Shown here: positions 38,810 to 53,579 of the stretch, one piece after another
Position numbering within the stretch: the first letter of the stretch is position 1
Layout: the number at the start of each line of letters is the position of its first letter
DNA from: an uncultured Ruficoccus sp.
GTDB taxonomy: Bacteria > Verrucomicrobiota > Verrucomicrobiia > Opitutales > Cerasicoccaceae
Assembly (NCBI GenBank): GCA_965140785.1
Contig: OZ223496.1
Span: 128,001 to 192,000, forward strand
Direction: 5' to 3'
Length of the DNA stretch: 64,000 nt
Notes under the pieces: generated by a model
The model's input: only the letters and a program-made list of their open reading frames with translations
Database searches by the model: none
What the model was told of the DNA's origin: nothing
Made by a program: the position numbers and the translations under genes

Positions 38810-41800
38810 TTAGGAGGTGGCCTGCCGGTTGCGGGCGGCCTGTTCCCGCTTCTTCTTGCTGAAGAGCCGTCCGGTTCTTTCGATTAAAACGTAAAACAGC
38901 GGCGCGAAGATCGTGACGAGGAAGGTTGAGGTGACCACGCCCCCGAGCACGCTCGTACCGATCGCCTTTTGCGCCCCGGCCCCGGCCCCGGTCGCCATGG
39001 CCAGCGGCAGCACGCCGAAACCGAACGCAAGCGAAGTCATCAGGATCGGACGCAGCCGCAGCTTGGCCGCCTCCAGCGTGGCATCGAGCACGCGCATGCC
39101 CTCGTCCATCCGCTGCTTGGCGAACTGCACGATGAGGATGGCGTTTTTCGTCGTCAGCCCGAGCGTAGTCAGCAGGCCGATCTGGAAATACACGTCGTTG
39201 GGCAGACCGCGCATGGACGAGGCGATGACACCCCCAATCACCCCCAACGGCAGGGCCAGCAGGACGGAGATCGGGATGGTCCAGCTCTCATAGAGCGCGG
39301 CCAGACACAGGAAGATAACGAGGATGGAAAAGGCGTACAGCGGCGCGGTCTGCGAACCGGCCTGCCGCTCCTGATAGGAGAGCCCGTTCCAGTCGAAGCC
39401 GATGCCCTCGGGCAGCTTTTCGACGAAGCTCTCCATCGTGGCCATGGCCTGCCCAGAGCTGACGCCCGCCGCCGGTTCGCCCAAAATGTTGATCGAGGGA
39501 AAAGCGTTATAACGCTCGAGCTTCGGCGAACCGTAGGACCAGTGCCCGGTGGCAAAGGATGAGAACGGCACCATCCGCCCCTCCAGATTGCGCACGTAAA
39601 GCTTGTCGAGGTCCTCGGGCTGCATCCGGTAGGGAGCATCGGCCTGCACATACACGCGCTTGACGCGCCGGCCTGAATGAAGTCGTTCACGTACGCGCTG
39701 CCGAAGCTGGCCGAGATGGTGTTGTGGATGGCCTCGATCGGCACCCCGAGCGAACCGGCCTTTTCCCAGTCCACGTCGATGCGGTACTCGGGCACGTCTT
39801 CGAGACCGTTGGGACGGACCTTGATCAGCGTGGGGTCCTGCGCCGCCATGCCGAGTAGCTGGTTGCGCGCTTCCATCAGCTTCTCGTGGCCGAGACCGCC
39901 GCGGTCGAGCAGCTCGAAGTCAAAGCCCTTGGCGTGCCCCAATTCGAGCACTGCCGGCGGCGGAAAGGCGAACACGAGCCCGTTGCGAATCGTGGAAAAA
40001 TGCGCCATCGCGCGGGCCGCCACGGAGTTCACGTCCAATCCCTCACCCTGACGTTCGTCCCAGTCGCGCAGCTTAACAAAGCCCAGGCCGGAGTTCTGCC
40101 CGCGTCCGGAAAAGCTCGTCCCGGAGATCGCCATGACGGACTCGACCGCATCAGCTTCCTCCTCCGTGAAGTAGCGCGAAACCTCGCGCATGATTTCCCG
40201 CGTCTGCTCCAGCGTGGAGTTCCCCGGCAGCATGGTCTGCACCATGAGCACCCCCTGGTCCTCGTTGGGCAGGTAGGCGGTCGGCATACGCATGAACAGG
40301 TAGCCCATGCCCACGGCGATAAGGATAAAGGCCGCGAGGTAGCGCAGCTGCTTGGCCAGCGCCTGGCCGACCACACGCAGGTAAAAATCGCGCGCACGGA
40401 AGAACATCCGGTCGAACCAGACGAAGAACGGACGGAACAGCTTGAAGCCCGACTCGGCGGCCTCGTGGCCCTTTTCCACCGGCTTGAGCAGCGTGGCACA
40501 GAGCACTGGCGTGAGCACGAGCGCGACCACCACCGACAACATCATGGCCGCGATGATCGTGACCGAGAACTGCCGATAGATGACCCCCGTCGAACCGGCG
40601 AAAAATGCCATCGGCCCAAACACCGCCGAGAGCACCAGGCCGATCCCGATCAGCGCCGGGGTGATCTCGTCCATCGACTTGCGGGTGGCCTCGAAGGGCT
40701 TCAGCCCCTCCTCGGTCATGATACGCTCGACGTTTTCAACGACCACGATGGCGTCGTCCACCAGCAGACCGATGGCCAGCACCATGGCGAACATGGTCAG
40801 CATGTTGATCGAGAAACCAAAGAGCCCGAGCACCGCGAAGGTCCCCAGGATAACCACCGGCACGGCGATAGTCGGGATCAGCGTCGCGCGGATATTCCCC
40901 ATGAACAGGTACATGACCAGGAACACCAGAACGATGGCCTCGAAGAGCGTGTGAACCACCCCCTCGATAGCGACCTCGACGAACGGTGTCGTGTCGTACG
41001 GATACACGACCTTCATCCCGCTGGGGAAGTACTGGCTCATCTCGTCCAGGCGGGTGCGAATATTCTTCGCCGTCTCCAGCGCGTTCGCGCCGGAAGCCTG
41101 GCGCACCGCCAGGGCGGCGGCGGGCACGCCGTTGTACTCGTTCTCGACGTCGTACGACTCCGCGCCCAGCTCGGTCCGTGCCACGTCCTTGACGCGCACG
41201 ATGGAGCCGTCCGGGTTGATCCGCAGCGGGATTTCAGCGAACTCCTCGGGCGTCTTCAGCAGGCTCTGTACGACGATGGCAGCGTTGAGCCGCTGCCCTT
41301 CAACAGCTGGGGCGGCCCCGAACTGACCGGCCGAGATCTCGACGTTGTAGGCCTGCAAACCGTTTATCACGTCCTGCACCGTCATCTGATACTCGGTCAG
41401 CCGGTCGGGGCTCACCCAAATTCTCATGGAGTACTGCGTACCGAAGACCTCGACCTCGCCGACGCCGGGCACGCGCGAGAGCACCTTCTCCAGGTTCGAC
41501 TGCGCGTAGTCGCGCAGGCCGTTACCGTCCATGCTGCCGTCCTCGGAGATGAGGCCGACGATCATGAGGTAATTGCGTGTGGACTTGCTCACGCGCACGC
41601 CCTGACGCTGCACCACCTCGGGAAGACTGGCCATGGCGAGCTGGAGCTTGTTCTGCACCTGCGACCACGCCATGTCCGGGTCCACCCCGGGCGCGAAGGT
41701 CAGCTCGATACGCGAACTGCCGGAGGAGTCGCTGGTGGCGCTCATGTACAGCAGTTGGTCGAAGCCGGTCATCTTCTGCTCGATGATCTGGGTCACGCTG

Positions 41801-41979
41801 TTCTCCACCGTCTCAGCCGAGGCTCCCGGATAAAAGGCCGTGATGGCGATCGAGGGCGGCGCGATCGGCGGGTACTGCGAGACCGGCAGCGTGTAGATGG
41901 CCAGCAGGCCTGCCACCATCAGGATGATGGCGATGACCCAGGCAAAAACCGGACGGACTAGAAAGAATCTCGATAACAT
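38810..41979 (-). CDS. RND efflux permease (AcrB/MexB family), frameshift near 39670
   Basis: FF..RPVFAWV, GLLVDDAIVVVENVER, KNAILIVQFA, RLRPILMTSLAF. Confidence 0.96.
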
Positions 41980-42061
41980 GTCGGCACTTGGTGGTTGGGG
42001 CCGTGACGCGGGAACGCGCTTCGGCTCACAGGCAAATTACTTGGCGTCTGAGGCGAGAGGA

Positions 42062-43300
42062 TCAGTTCCCCTTTTGCGCTTGCGCGCCAGCCGGGGCCGG
42101 TGCGGTGGTGGGACCGGCCTCGGGGTCGAAGGCCACGGCCTTGACCTGGGCGCCGGGGCGGACTTTCTGCGAGCCCTCGACAATCACCCGGTCCCCGGCC
42201 TCCAGGCCGGAGGTGACGAGCCAGCGCCCCTCAATCGAGCGGTCGATCTGGAGCACCCGCTGCTGCACGGTGCCGGACTCGTCAACGATCAGCGTGATCG
42301 CCTCGCCCTTGGGGTTACGCGAAACCCCCTGCTGCGTGAGCAGGATGGCCTGGTCGTTGACGCCTTCCTTGACCTCGACACGCACATACATCCCCGGCAG
42401 CAACAAACCCTCGGGATTGGGAAAAACCATCCGCAGGATAACGGACCCGGTGGTGGGATCAACCGTCACCTCCTGAAACTGCACCGCCCCCTTCTCGGGA
42501 TAACGCGTGCCGTCCTCGAAAATCAGCTCCGCCTCGTTGACCGTGTCGTTGTCGCGGTTGAGGTGACCGCCGGCCAGACGGCGCTTGAGCGCCAGCAGTT
42601 CGCTGGTGGACTGCGGTACGTCCACGTAGATCGGGTCGAGTTGCTGAATCGTGGCCAGCGCCTGCGCCTGATAGGCGGTTACGATCGCCCCGTCCGTCAC
42701 CGTGGAGCGCCCGATGCGGCCCGAAATTGGAGCCTTGATTTTAGTATAGTCCAAATTGATCTGTGCGGTCTGGAGCGCGGCCTGCGCCTGCTCCACCGCA
42801 GCCTGCGCCGCAGCCAGAGTGGCCAGGGCCACATCGAGGTCCGTCGAGGCCTGGTCCCGCTCGGAGGCCGCCACTGCCTTTTCCTCATAAAGCGCACCGT
42901 AGCGCTCTTCGTTGATTTTGGCCAGGGAGAGGGAAGCCTGCGTCTGTTCGACTCTCTTTTCGGCCGCTGCCAGGTTCGCCTTCGCGCTGGCCACCTCCGC
43001 CTCGAAGGGTGCCGCGTCGATCTGGTAAAGCACCTCGCCCGCCTCCACCTCGGCCCCTTCGGTGAAGAGACGCTTCTGGAGCAATCCGCTGACCTGCGGA
43101 CGGATTTCGGCCACCCGGAAGCTGGCCGTCCGGCCCGGCAGCTCGGTCTTCAACACCGCCGACTCGGACTCGACCGTCACTGTCGTGACCAAGGGCTTAC
43201 CAGGAGCCGGAGCCGCCTTCTGACCGCCGCCGCAACCGGCCAGCAGGCCGCACAAAGCGAGCGCACCCGAGGGAATTAAATACTTGGCTGATATCTTCAT
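42062..43300 (-). CDS. RND periplasmic adaptor (AcrA/MexA family)
   Basis: LLAG-C lipobox, ELPGRT, EIRPQVSG, APISGRIG, LDPIYVD. Confidence 0.95.
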   Translation of the reverse strand: MKISAKYLIPSGALALCGLLAGCGGGQKAAPAPGKPLVTTVTVESESAVLKTELPGRTASFRVAEIRPQVSGLLQKRLFTEGAEVEAGEVLYQIDAAPFEAEVASAKANLAAAEKRVEQTQASLSLAKINEERYGALYEEKAVAASERDQASTDLDVALATLAAAQAAVEQAQAALQTAQINLDYTKIKAPISGRIGRSTVTDGAIVTAYQAQALATIQQLDPIYVDVPQSTSELLALKRRLAGGHLNRDNDTVNEAELIFEDGTRYPEKGAVQFQEVTVDPTTGSVILRMVFPNPEGLLLPGMYVRVEVKEGVNDQAILLTQQGVSRNPKGEAITLIVDESGTVQQRVLQIDRSIEGRWLVTSGLEAGDRVIVEGSQKVRPGAQVKAVAFDPEAGPTTAPAPAGAQAQKGN

Positions 43301-43396
43301 GACTGACGAAAAAGGCTGATCGCAAATACGCCCACCGGAATGATGACCCGGCGGCGAAAAACCCAGGCCGACTTGCCCCGGGCGCTTGCACCATCT

Positions 43397-43466
43397 ATTA
43401 TTCAAACACAAATTTCATTAATAGCTTGCGCTGTCAAGCGATTAACCTTAACTTTATTTGAATAAT
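43397..43466. promoter_or_regulatory. Symmetric AT-rich operator/divergent promoter between the adaptor and TetR genes
   Basis: ATTATTCAAA...TTTGAATAAT enclosing TTAAT-AGCTTG...CAAGCG-ATTAA. Confidence 0.55.
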
Positions 43467-43537
43467 CGCTAAAAAAAACCTTAGACATGCCGCCGGTTTC
43501 CGATAACTGAAGGGGATACCCCTTACTTTTCCCATCT

Positions 43538-44203
43538 GTGCCCAACGTCAAAAATAACGCCTCCGCCCAGGAAACCTGTCGCAAGCTGCTCGAAGCTGCC
43601 GGTGAGGTTTTCGCCGAACGCGGCCTCCATGCCGCCACCATCAAGGAGATCACCACCCGGGCGGGCGTGAACGGGGCGGCCATCAACTACCACTTCAGCG
43701 ACAAGTTCGAGCTCTACGCCGCCGTCATCCGCTACGCCGTGGGCAACAAGCCCTGCGTCACCCAGCTCTCCCCCGAAGACGCCACCCCGGAGGAACGCCT
43801 GCGCGACCACATCGCGATGCAGATCGACGACATGTACTCGCGCAACCGTCCGACCTGGCATGCCACGCTCATTGCCCACGAACTGGCCCAGCCGACCGAC
43901 GCGCTCAAGGCCGTCATGGACGAGCTCATCCGTCCCCGTATCACCCTGAGCACCGCTATCATCGCCGACATCCTCGGCCCCGGTGCCACGGAGAAAGAAA
44001 TCACCTACTCCAGCATGAGCATCGGCGGCCAGTGTTTTCTCTACACCTATCATCAGGAATTGATCAAGTACGCCTACCCCAAGCTGGCCAAATGCCACAA
44101 CCGCGACGAGATCATCGACCACATCACCTTTTTCTCCCTCTCCGCGCTTCAGGCCATGCGCGAGAAGATCCGCGCCCGCGAGCGGGCAGAGGCCAGCCAG
44201 TAG
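43538..44203 (+). CDS. TetR family regulator (CecR/YbiH-like)
   Basis: LLEAAGEVFAERG...TIKEI..RAGVN.AAINYHF.DK; divergent from the RND operon. Confidence 0.92.
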   Translation: MPNVKNNASAQETCRKLLEAAGEVFAERGLHAATIKEITTRAGVNGAAINYHFSDKFELYAAVIRYAVGNKPCVTQLSPEDATPEERLRDHIAMQIDDMYSRNRPTWHATLIAHELAQPTDALKAVMDELIRPRITLSTAIIADILGPGATEKEITYSSMSIGGQCFLYTYHQELIKYAYPKLAKCHNRDEIIDHITFFSLSALQAMREKIRARERAEASQ

Positions 44204-44373
44204 GCCGCCCCCAGGATCCGCCGGTGCTTCTTCCGGCAACGGGCTGGGCATCCCTCAGCCGCGCTCAACCGAGTGAGCAGCTTTTCCGGACCGGGCCTTG
44301 ACCCGAACCGCGCAAGCGGGCTGAATAGACGACAACCACGCGTTAACGCCTTCGCCCCGCACACACTTTTCAA

Positions 44374-45210
44374 ATGAAAGACAAACTCGCCCACCTCAAC
44401 GAAACCTCCCCCCTGCGCTGGTGCTTCTCCAGCATGGGCTGCGCCGAACTGAGCCTGCCCGACATAGCCGCCCTGGCCGAATCCGCCGGCATCAGCCGCG
44501 TCGAACTGCGCGCCGTCGGCGGTAAGATTGACATCCCCGCTCTGGCCGCCGAGGAAAAATGGCTCGACCAGGATCCGCAAACGCTGCTCGGCGGGCATCC
44601 CGTCGAGGTCGTCGCTTTCAACACCTCCGCCTGGCTCTCCAAACCCTTCGCCGAGTGCCTGGAGGAAATTCAGAGCTTTGCCCCGCTGGTGAAACACTTC
44701 GGCGCGCACTCGCTGCGGGCGTTCGACGGCGCACTCGACCTGCAAGCCGATCCCGACAGCGCCTGGCGCTGGCTCGACGAATGGGAAAAAGTCCGCGCCG
44801 CCCATGGCTGGGACTTTACCCTCTCCATCGAGACGCACGACTCGCTCTTCACCGCCGAAGAGGTCGAGAAGTTATTTTCCAAAGGCCACGAGCACATCAG
44901 CCTGCTGTGGGACTCGCACCACACCTGGCGCAAAAAGGGTCTGGACCCGCTCGAAAGCTGGGCCACGCTCAAGCCCTGGACCTCCCACATCCACATCAAG
45001 GACAGCCTCTCCATCCCCAGCGCCAAGCTGCCCTACACCTACACCGAGCCGGGCCGGGGAGAATTCCAGCTGCGCGCCCTCCTCCATCAACTCGAAGCCG
45101 ACGGCTTCACCGGCCCGGTCAGCCTGGAGTGGGAAAAACTCTGGCACCCGGAGATGGCCCCGCTCGATCAGGCCCTGCGCGCCCTCGGCGAGACCGTAAG
45201 CGCAGGGTGA
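44374..45210 (+). CDS. Sugar phosphate isomerase/epimerase (AP endonuclease 2 TIM barrel)
   Basis: IETHD, LWDSHH, HIHIKD, SLEWE. Confidence 0.88.
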   Translation: MKDKLAHLNETSPLRWCFSSMGCAELSLPDIAALAESAGISRVELRAVGGKIDIPALAAEEKWLDQDPQTLLGGHPVEVVAFNTSAWLSKPFAECLEEIQSFAPLVKHFGAHSLRAFDGALDLQADPDSAWRWLDEWEKVRAAHGWDFTLSIETHDSLFTAEEVEKLFSKGHEHISLLWDSHHTWRKKGLDPLESWATLKPWTSHIHIKDSLSIPSAKLPYTYTEPGRGEFQLRALLHQLEADGFTGPVSLEWEKLWHPEMAPLDQALRALGETVSAG

Positions 45211-45325
45211 GCGTATCCTCGCTACACCCCTCCGAGCCTTCAGCCACCAGCAACCGAATCCACCCGGTTGTATGAGAAGCGGGCAAGGGTAAGATTCGGA
45301 ATAAGCTTTGCCCGGCTCCCATGCC

Positions 45326-49377
<4,052 letters not shown>

Positions 49378-49492
49378 GTGGCTGGCGGCTGGCCGGTCAA
49401 AAAATGACAGACGCCCGCCCAGAATGCTGTCGCCAGTCTTTCGGGAACGCTCTTTAATGGATGAACAGTCACGGCTTTTTCGCTACCCCCCC

Positions 49493-50404
49493 ATGATTCA
49501 GACGGAAAAACGAGCCCTCAGGATTAACATCGCCGCCAATGCCCTTTTCGCGGTGGCCGGGTTCGCCTTCGCCCTGTCCACCCGATCGGAGGCGATCCTG
49601 CTGGACAGCATATACTCGCTGATCACCCTGCTGTTCTCCATCGTGACCTGGCACGTGGCCGATCTGGTCATGCGCCCCGACTCGGACAAGTACCCCTTCG
49701 GCTATGTCGTGTACGAGCCGCTGGTCAATTTATTCAAGGGCCTGCTCCTGATCACCGTGGCGGTGTACGCGATGTTCACCGCCATCGGCAGCCTGAGAGC
49801 CGGCGGCACCCCCATCCATACCCAGATGGCATTCATGTACGGGCTGGTCGCCACCGCCGGCTGTGCCACCATGGCCATTTACTTCAAGCACGTGGCCCGC
49901 AAAACCCACTCCACCTTAGTGGAGACCGACGCGCATAACTGGATCATGGACACCGTGTTGAGCGCCTCGGTCATGGCCGCCTTCGGGCTGAGCTGGTTGC
50001 TGAGCCTCAGCGGGCACACCCACTACCTCAACTATGTGGACCCGCTGGTCGTGGCCTTCCTCTCTTTGCTGGTCATGCCGGTGCCCGTCCGCATTATTCG
50101 CCACAACTGGGCACAGATCGTGGCGCGGGCCCCCGCCGACGAATTGATCCAGGAGATCGAGGGTCTGCTCAACGCGGCCGCTCCCCCCGAGCAGTGGCCG
50201 CAGCGCGAAGTCCGCGTCCAGCAGCACGGTCGCCTCATCACCGTGCACGTCTATTTCGTGGTCCAGACCGGCACCGTCCAGCAGTTCGACCGCTGCCGAG
50301 AAATGATCGACAAAACGCTCAAGCAGCACTTCCCCTACCTCGCGCTCGACGTGGCCTTCGTGGGCGACGAGGTCTGGGCCCGCCGCGCCTCGGGCGACGC
50401 CTGA
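49493..50404 (+). CDS. Cation diffusion facilitator family transporter
   Basis: About six TM segments, S.AILLD..YS, YPFGY, D.HNW..D, YVDP. Confidence 0.85.
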   Translation: MIQTEKRALRINIAANALFAVAGFAFALSTRSEAILLDSIYSLITLLFSIVTWHVADLVMRPDSDKYPFGYVVYEPLVNLFKGLLLITVAVYAMFTAIGSLRAGGTPIHTQMAFMYGLVATAGCATMAIYFKHVARKTHSTLVETDAHNWIMDTVLSASVMAAFGLSWLLSLSGHTHYLNYVDPLVVAFLSLLVMPVPVRIIRHNWAQIVARAPADELIQEIEGLLNAAAPPEQWPQREVRVQQHGRLITVHVYFVVQTGTVQQFDRCREMIDKTLKQHFPYLALDVAFVGDEVWARRASGDA

Positions 50405-50524
50405 AATAGTCCGCCCCCCGCCCCGATAGCTAGTGAAAAAACCGTTACGATTTCACGCGGTCTGGCAATAGGCGTTGACAACCGAACGACTTTCGCCAGC
50501 CTGCTCTTTATACTTTTCTAGAAG

Positions 50525-50584
50525 ATGATGACCTGCAACCGCCATGTTCCGATTTCCGTACGCTTAGCCGCGGGGCGCAGGTAG
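50525..50584 (+). CDS. Putative attenuator leader peptide MMTCNRHVPISVRLAAGRR
   Basis: 19-codon ORF overlapping mutually exclusive stems, directly upstream of a terminator and the MATE gene. Confidence 0.65.
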   Translation: MMTCNRHVPISVRLAAGRR

Positions 50585-50612
50585 TTTTTGTATCCATCTT
50601 TGATCTACCCAG

Positions 50613-50637
50613 ACCCGCGAACGTCCGCGGGTTTTTT
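50613..50637 (+). terminator. Attenuator terminator in the MATE leader
   Basis: ACCCGCG-AACGTC-CGCGGGT plus a T run, 55 nt before the MATE start. Confidence 0.8.
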
Positions 50638-50692
50638 CGTTTTTGGACTGGAAAAACCGGCGGCTCTGCCCCCACCGACAACTTTTCCCGCC

Positions 50693-52078
50693 ATGACTTT
50701 CTTTTCCCGACTGACCCACGAATCCCGCCCTACCCTGACCCTGGCTTGTCCGCTCATCGCTGGTCAGCTCAGCTATATGCTAACCGCCCTGGCCGACACG
50801 GTCATGATCGGACGTCTCGGGGTGACCCCGCTGGCCACAGCGACCTTCGCCAATACCCTGCTGCACCTGCCGCTGATGTTCAGCATCGGGCTGACACTGG
50901 CCGTCTCCATCCAGGTCTCCCAGGCCCGGGGGGCGCAGCAGCCCGCCCTCGCCCGCTCGGCTTTGCGCCACGGCATGGTCATATCCGCGGCGATGGCCCT
51001 GCTCACCATCATAGGCGCGGCTCTCGCCCTGCCCATACTGCCTTATTTTCAACAACCGCCGGAGGTCATCGCGGCCGCGCCCGGCTATTTTCTGCTGGTA
51101 GCGGTGTCGTTCATGCCCGCCATGGGCTCGATGGTGATCAAGAACCACGCCGACGCCATGAACCGGCCCTGGTCGCCACTGTTTATCCTCCTCGCCGGGG
51201 TGGGCGCGAATGTGTTCCTCAACTGGCTGCTCATCTACGGAAACTGGGGCATGCCCGCCTGGGGGCTGGAAGGCGCCGGACTGGCCACCCTGCTGGCTCG
51301 CGCCTTCACCCTGGCGGCTCTGGTCGGTTGGTGCCGGAGGGACCGCCGGCTGCGCGAATGGGTGCCCGTGCGCTGGCTGCAAGCCCCCGACTGGTCCGAG
51401 CTGCGTAAGCTCTGGGCACTGGGCTGGCCGACCAGCCTGCAACTGCTGGCCGAGATCAGCGCCTTCGTCATGGCCACGCTGATCATCGGCACGCTCGGGT
51501 CCGAGGCGCTGGCCGCCCACCAGGTGGCCCTCACCTGCGCGGGCACCGTGTACATGGTACCGGTCGGGCTCTCGCAGGCGATTACCGTGCGCGTTGGCGA
51601 AGCCTACGGCGCGTGTCGATTCAGTGCGCTGCGCCCGATCCTCACGGGCGGTTGGCTGATGGGCGGGCTCTTCACCCTTTTCAGCGCGAGCGCGTTCCTG
51701 CTCTTTCGCACTCAGATCGCGGGGTGGTTCATCCCGATGGAAGAGGCCCAGGCGTTGGCCGCCGCCCTGCTGCTGGTGGCCGCGGTCTTCCAGTTCAGCG
51801 ATGCCATGCAGATTATTTCGGTCGGGGCTCTGCGCGGCCTCGGCGAAGTGCGCTTCCCGGCCTGGCTTTCGTTCTTCGCCTGCTGGTTCATCTCCATCCC
51901 GGTCGGCTGGATCCTGGCCTACCCGCTGGACTGGGGCGTAACCGGCATCTGGTGGGGTTTCACCGCCGGACTGGCCGTGATGGCGCTGACCTTCGGCGCC
52001 CACGCCTGGCGCAAAACCGCCCCCACCGCCCCACGGCCGCCTTATCTGGTGCCGAACGCAACCGCCGAGGCTTCTTAG
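50693..52078 (+). CDS. MATE family efflux transporter (NorM-like)
   Basis: LA.PLI, DTVMIGRLG, NWLLIYG..G.P..G..GAG.AT, LAAHQ, GALRGLG, G..GIW.G. Confidence 0.95.
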   Translation: MTFFSRLTHESRPTLTLACPLIAGQLSYMLTALADTVMIGRLGVTPLATATFANTLLHLPLMFSIGLTLAVSIQVSQARGAQQPALARSALRHGMVISAAMALLTIIGAALALPILPYFQQPPEVIAAAPGYFLLVAVSFMPAMGSMVIKNHADAMNRPWSPLFILLAGVGANVFLNWLLIYGNWGMPAWGLEGAGLATLLARAFTLAALVGWCRRDRRLREWVPVRWLQAPDWSELRKLWALGWPTSLQLLAEISAFVMATLIIGTLGSEALAAHQVALTCAGTVYMVPVGLSQAITVRVGEAYGACRFSALRPILTGGWLMGGLFTLFSASAFLLFRTQIAGWFIPMEEAQALAAALLLVAAVFQFSDAMQIISVGALRGLGEVRFPAWLSFFACWFISIPVGWILAYPLDWGVTGIWWGFTAGLAVMALTFGAHAWRKTAPTAPRPPYLVPNATAEAS

Positions 52079-52083
52079 TTTAC

Positions 52084-52101
52084 CGGGGGCTCCGCGCCTC
52101 C
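52084..52101 (+). repeat. REP-like GC hairpin after the MATE stop
   Basis: CGGGGGCTCCGCGCCTCC, same orientation relative to transcription as the copy at 22323-22341. Confidence 0.55.
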
Positions 52102-52212
52102 GCAGCTTGCTCCAGTCGTGAGAGCGGTCACCCTTGATCACAGAGGCCCGTTCGACGACTTTCTCGAATCCCCGGGAAGAGTGTACCCCAGCTTTTGAGC
52201 GGGCGCGAACGC

Positions 52213-53559
52213 TCAGGCTTCCGGCGGCGAGCCGGAGCGGGTGGAAGGCTTGGGCGGGCGCACCTCCCGGTAGAAAATCAGGAAGAAAGGAATGCTCAGG
52301 AAGAGCAGGATCATGGCGTCGCGGGCCAGGCGCACCTCCGAGCCGATCAGGGCCCACATGCAGTAGCCGATGGCCAGCACCGTGACCGCGAGCGCGGCGG
52401 CCTTCTGACGGCCCGCCACCTGACGCCGGCGCACCGAGAACAGGAACGCGACCGCGCAGTAGAGGTACGGCAGCAGGTTGAGAATGATGGCCACGTCGAT
52501 GATGATGTTGAACTGCTCAGTCAGCGAGGGCGAGGCCGTCACCAGAATGATGATCGACATGAGAATGCCGGAAATGACGAGGTTGAAAACCGGCACGCCC
52601 TTACGGCTGGTGCGGGCGTAGATACGCGGGAACATCCCGTCGCCCGCTGCGGCCTGTGCCGATTGGCTGATGGTGAGTGTCCAGCCCACGAGCGAGCCCC
52701 CGGCCTTGAGGATGGCGGCCCCGGCGATGATCAGGGCCCCGACCTTACCCACGGTCTGGAGCGCAGCGGCGGAGAAAGGGTCGTCCGACTTGGCCAGCTC
52801 GGGAGCGGGGATGATTCCCATCAACACGGTGCAGGTACTCACGTACAGGATCGTGGCGATGAGCAGGCCCAGCAGCGTGGCCAGCGGCACGTTGCGCTTC
52901 GGGTTGTCGATAACCCCCGCCGAAACCGAGGCGCTCTCCACCCCCATAAAGGCCCACAACGCATAGGTGGCACTGGTGGAGATCGCACCGATGGTCGTCT
53001 CGCCCTTGGGCAGCCAGCCATCGAGGAAGGTTTTTCCGTCAAACCAGAACCAGCCAAAGACCGCCACCGCGATCAACGGCACCATCGCCGTGACGGTGGA
53101 CCAGCCTGTAAGCAGGCCGACGACGCGCGGCCCCAGAATATTAAAAAAGGTCGCCAGCCACACCACGATCAAAGCGCCAATCAGAGTCAGCGCCGGGGCC
53201 TTGAGCGCGGGGCAAAAGGCCGTGCAGTAGCCGATCACGGTGGCGGCCACCGCGACGTTGCCCACCAGGTTGGCCGTCCAGTACACGTAGTTGGTCTGGA
53301 AGCCCAAGTATGGGCCGAAGGTGTTGCGCGCATAGGCGTAGGGGCCGCCGGGCTCCGGGTCGGTCGCCCCAAGAAAGGCGAACATCAGCCCGATCGAGGC
53401 CGCTCCGACCGATGCCACCACCCAGCCCAGGATGGAGGCCGTTCCCACCGAGGCCATGCTCACCGGCAGCAGAAAGATTCCCGTTCCGACCATGTTCACC
53501 GTGACCAGCATGGTGGCGGAGAACAGACCCATTTTGCATTTTGATGAACTCGGTACCAT
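52213..53559 (-). CDS. APC amino acid/amine antiporter (PotE/CadB/AdiC-like)
   Basis: NMVGTGIFLLP, GGPYAYAR, LWAFMGVESA, NPKRNVP.AT, DGMFP. Confidence 0.92.
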   Translation of the reverse strand: MVPSSSKCKMGLFSATMLVTVNMVGTGIFLLPVSMASVGTASILGWVVASVGAASIGLMFAFLGATDPEPGGPYAYARNTFGPYLGFQTNYVYWTANLVGNVAVAATVIGYCTAFCPALKAPALTLIGALIVVWLATFFNILGPRVVGLLTGWSTVTAMVPLIAVAVFGWFWFDGKTFLDGWLPKGETTIGAISTSATYALWAFMGVESASVSAGVIDNPKRNVPLATLLGLLIATILYVSTCTVLMGIIPAPELAKSDDPFSAAALQTVGKVGALIIAGAAILKAGGSLVGWTLTISQSAQAAAGDGMFPRIYARTSRKGVPVFNLVISGILMSIIILVTASPSLTEQFNIIIDVAIILNLLPYLYCAVAFLFSVRRRQVAGRQKAAALAVTVLAIGYCMWALIGSEVRLARDAMILLFLSIPFFLIFYREVRPPKPSTRSGSPPEA

Positions 53560-53579
53560 CCGGCGGTGCTGTCCTTATT

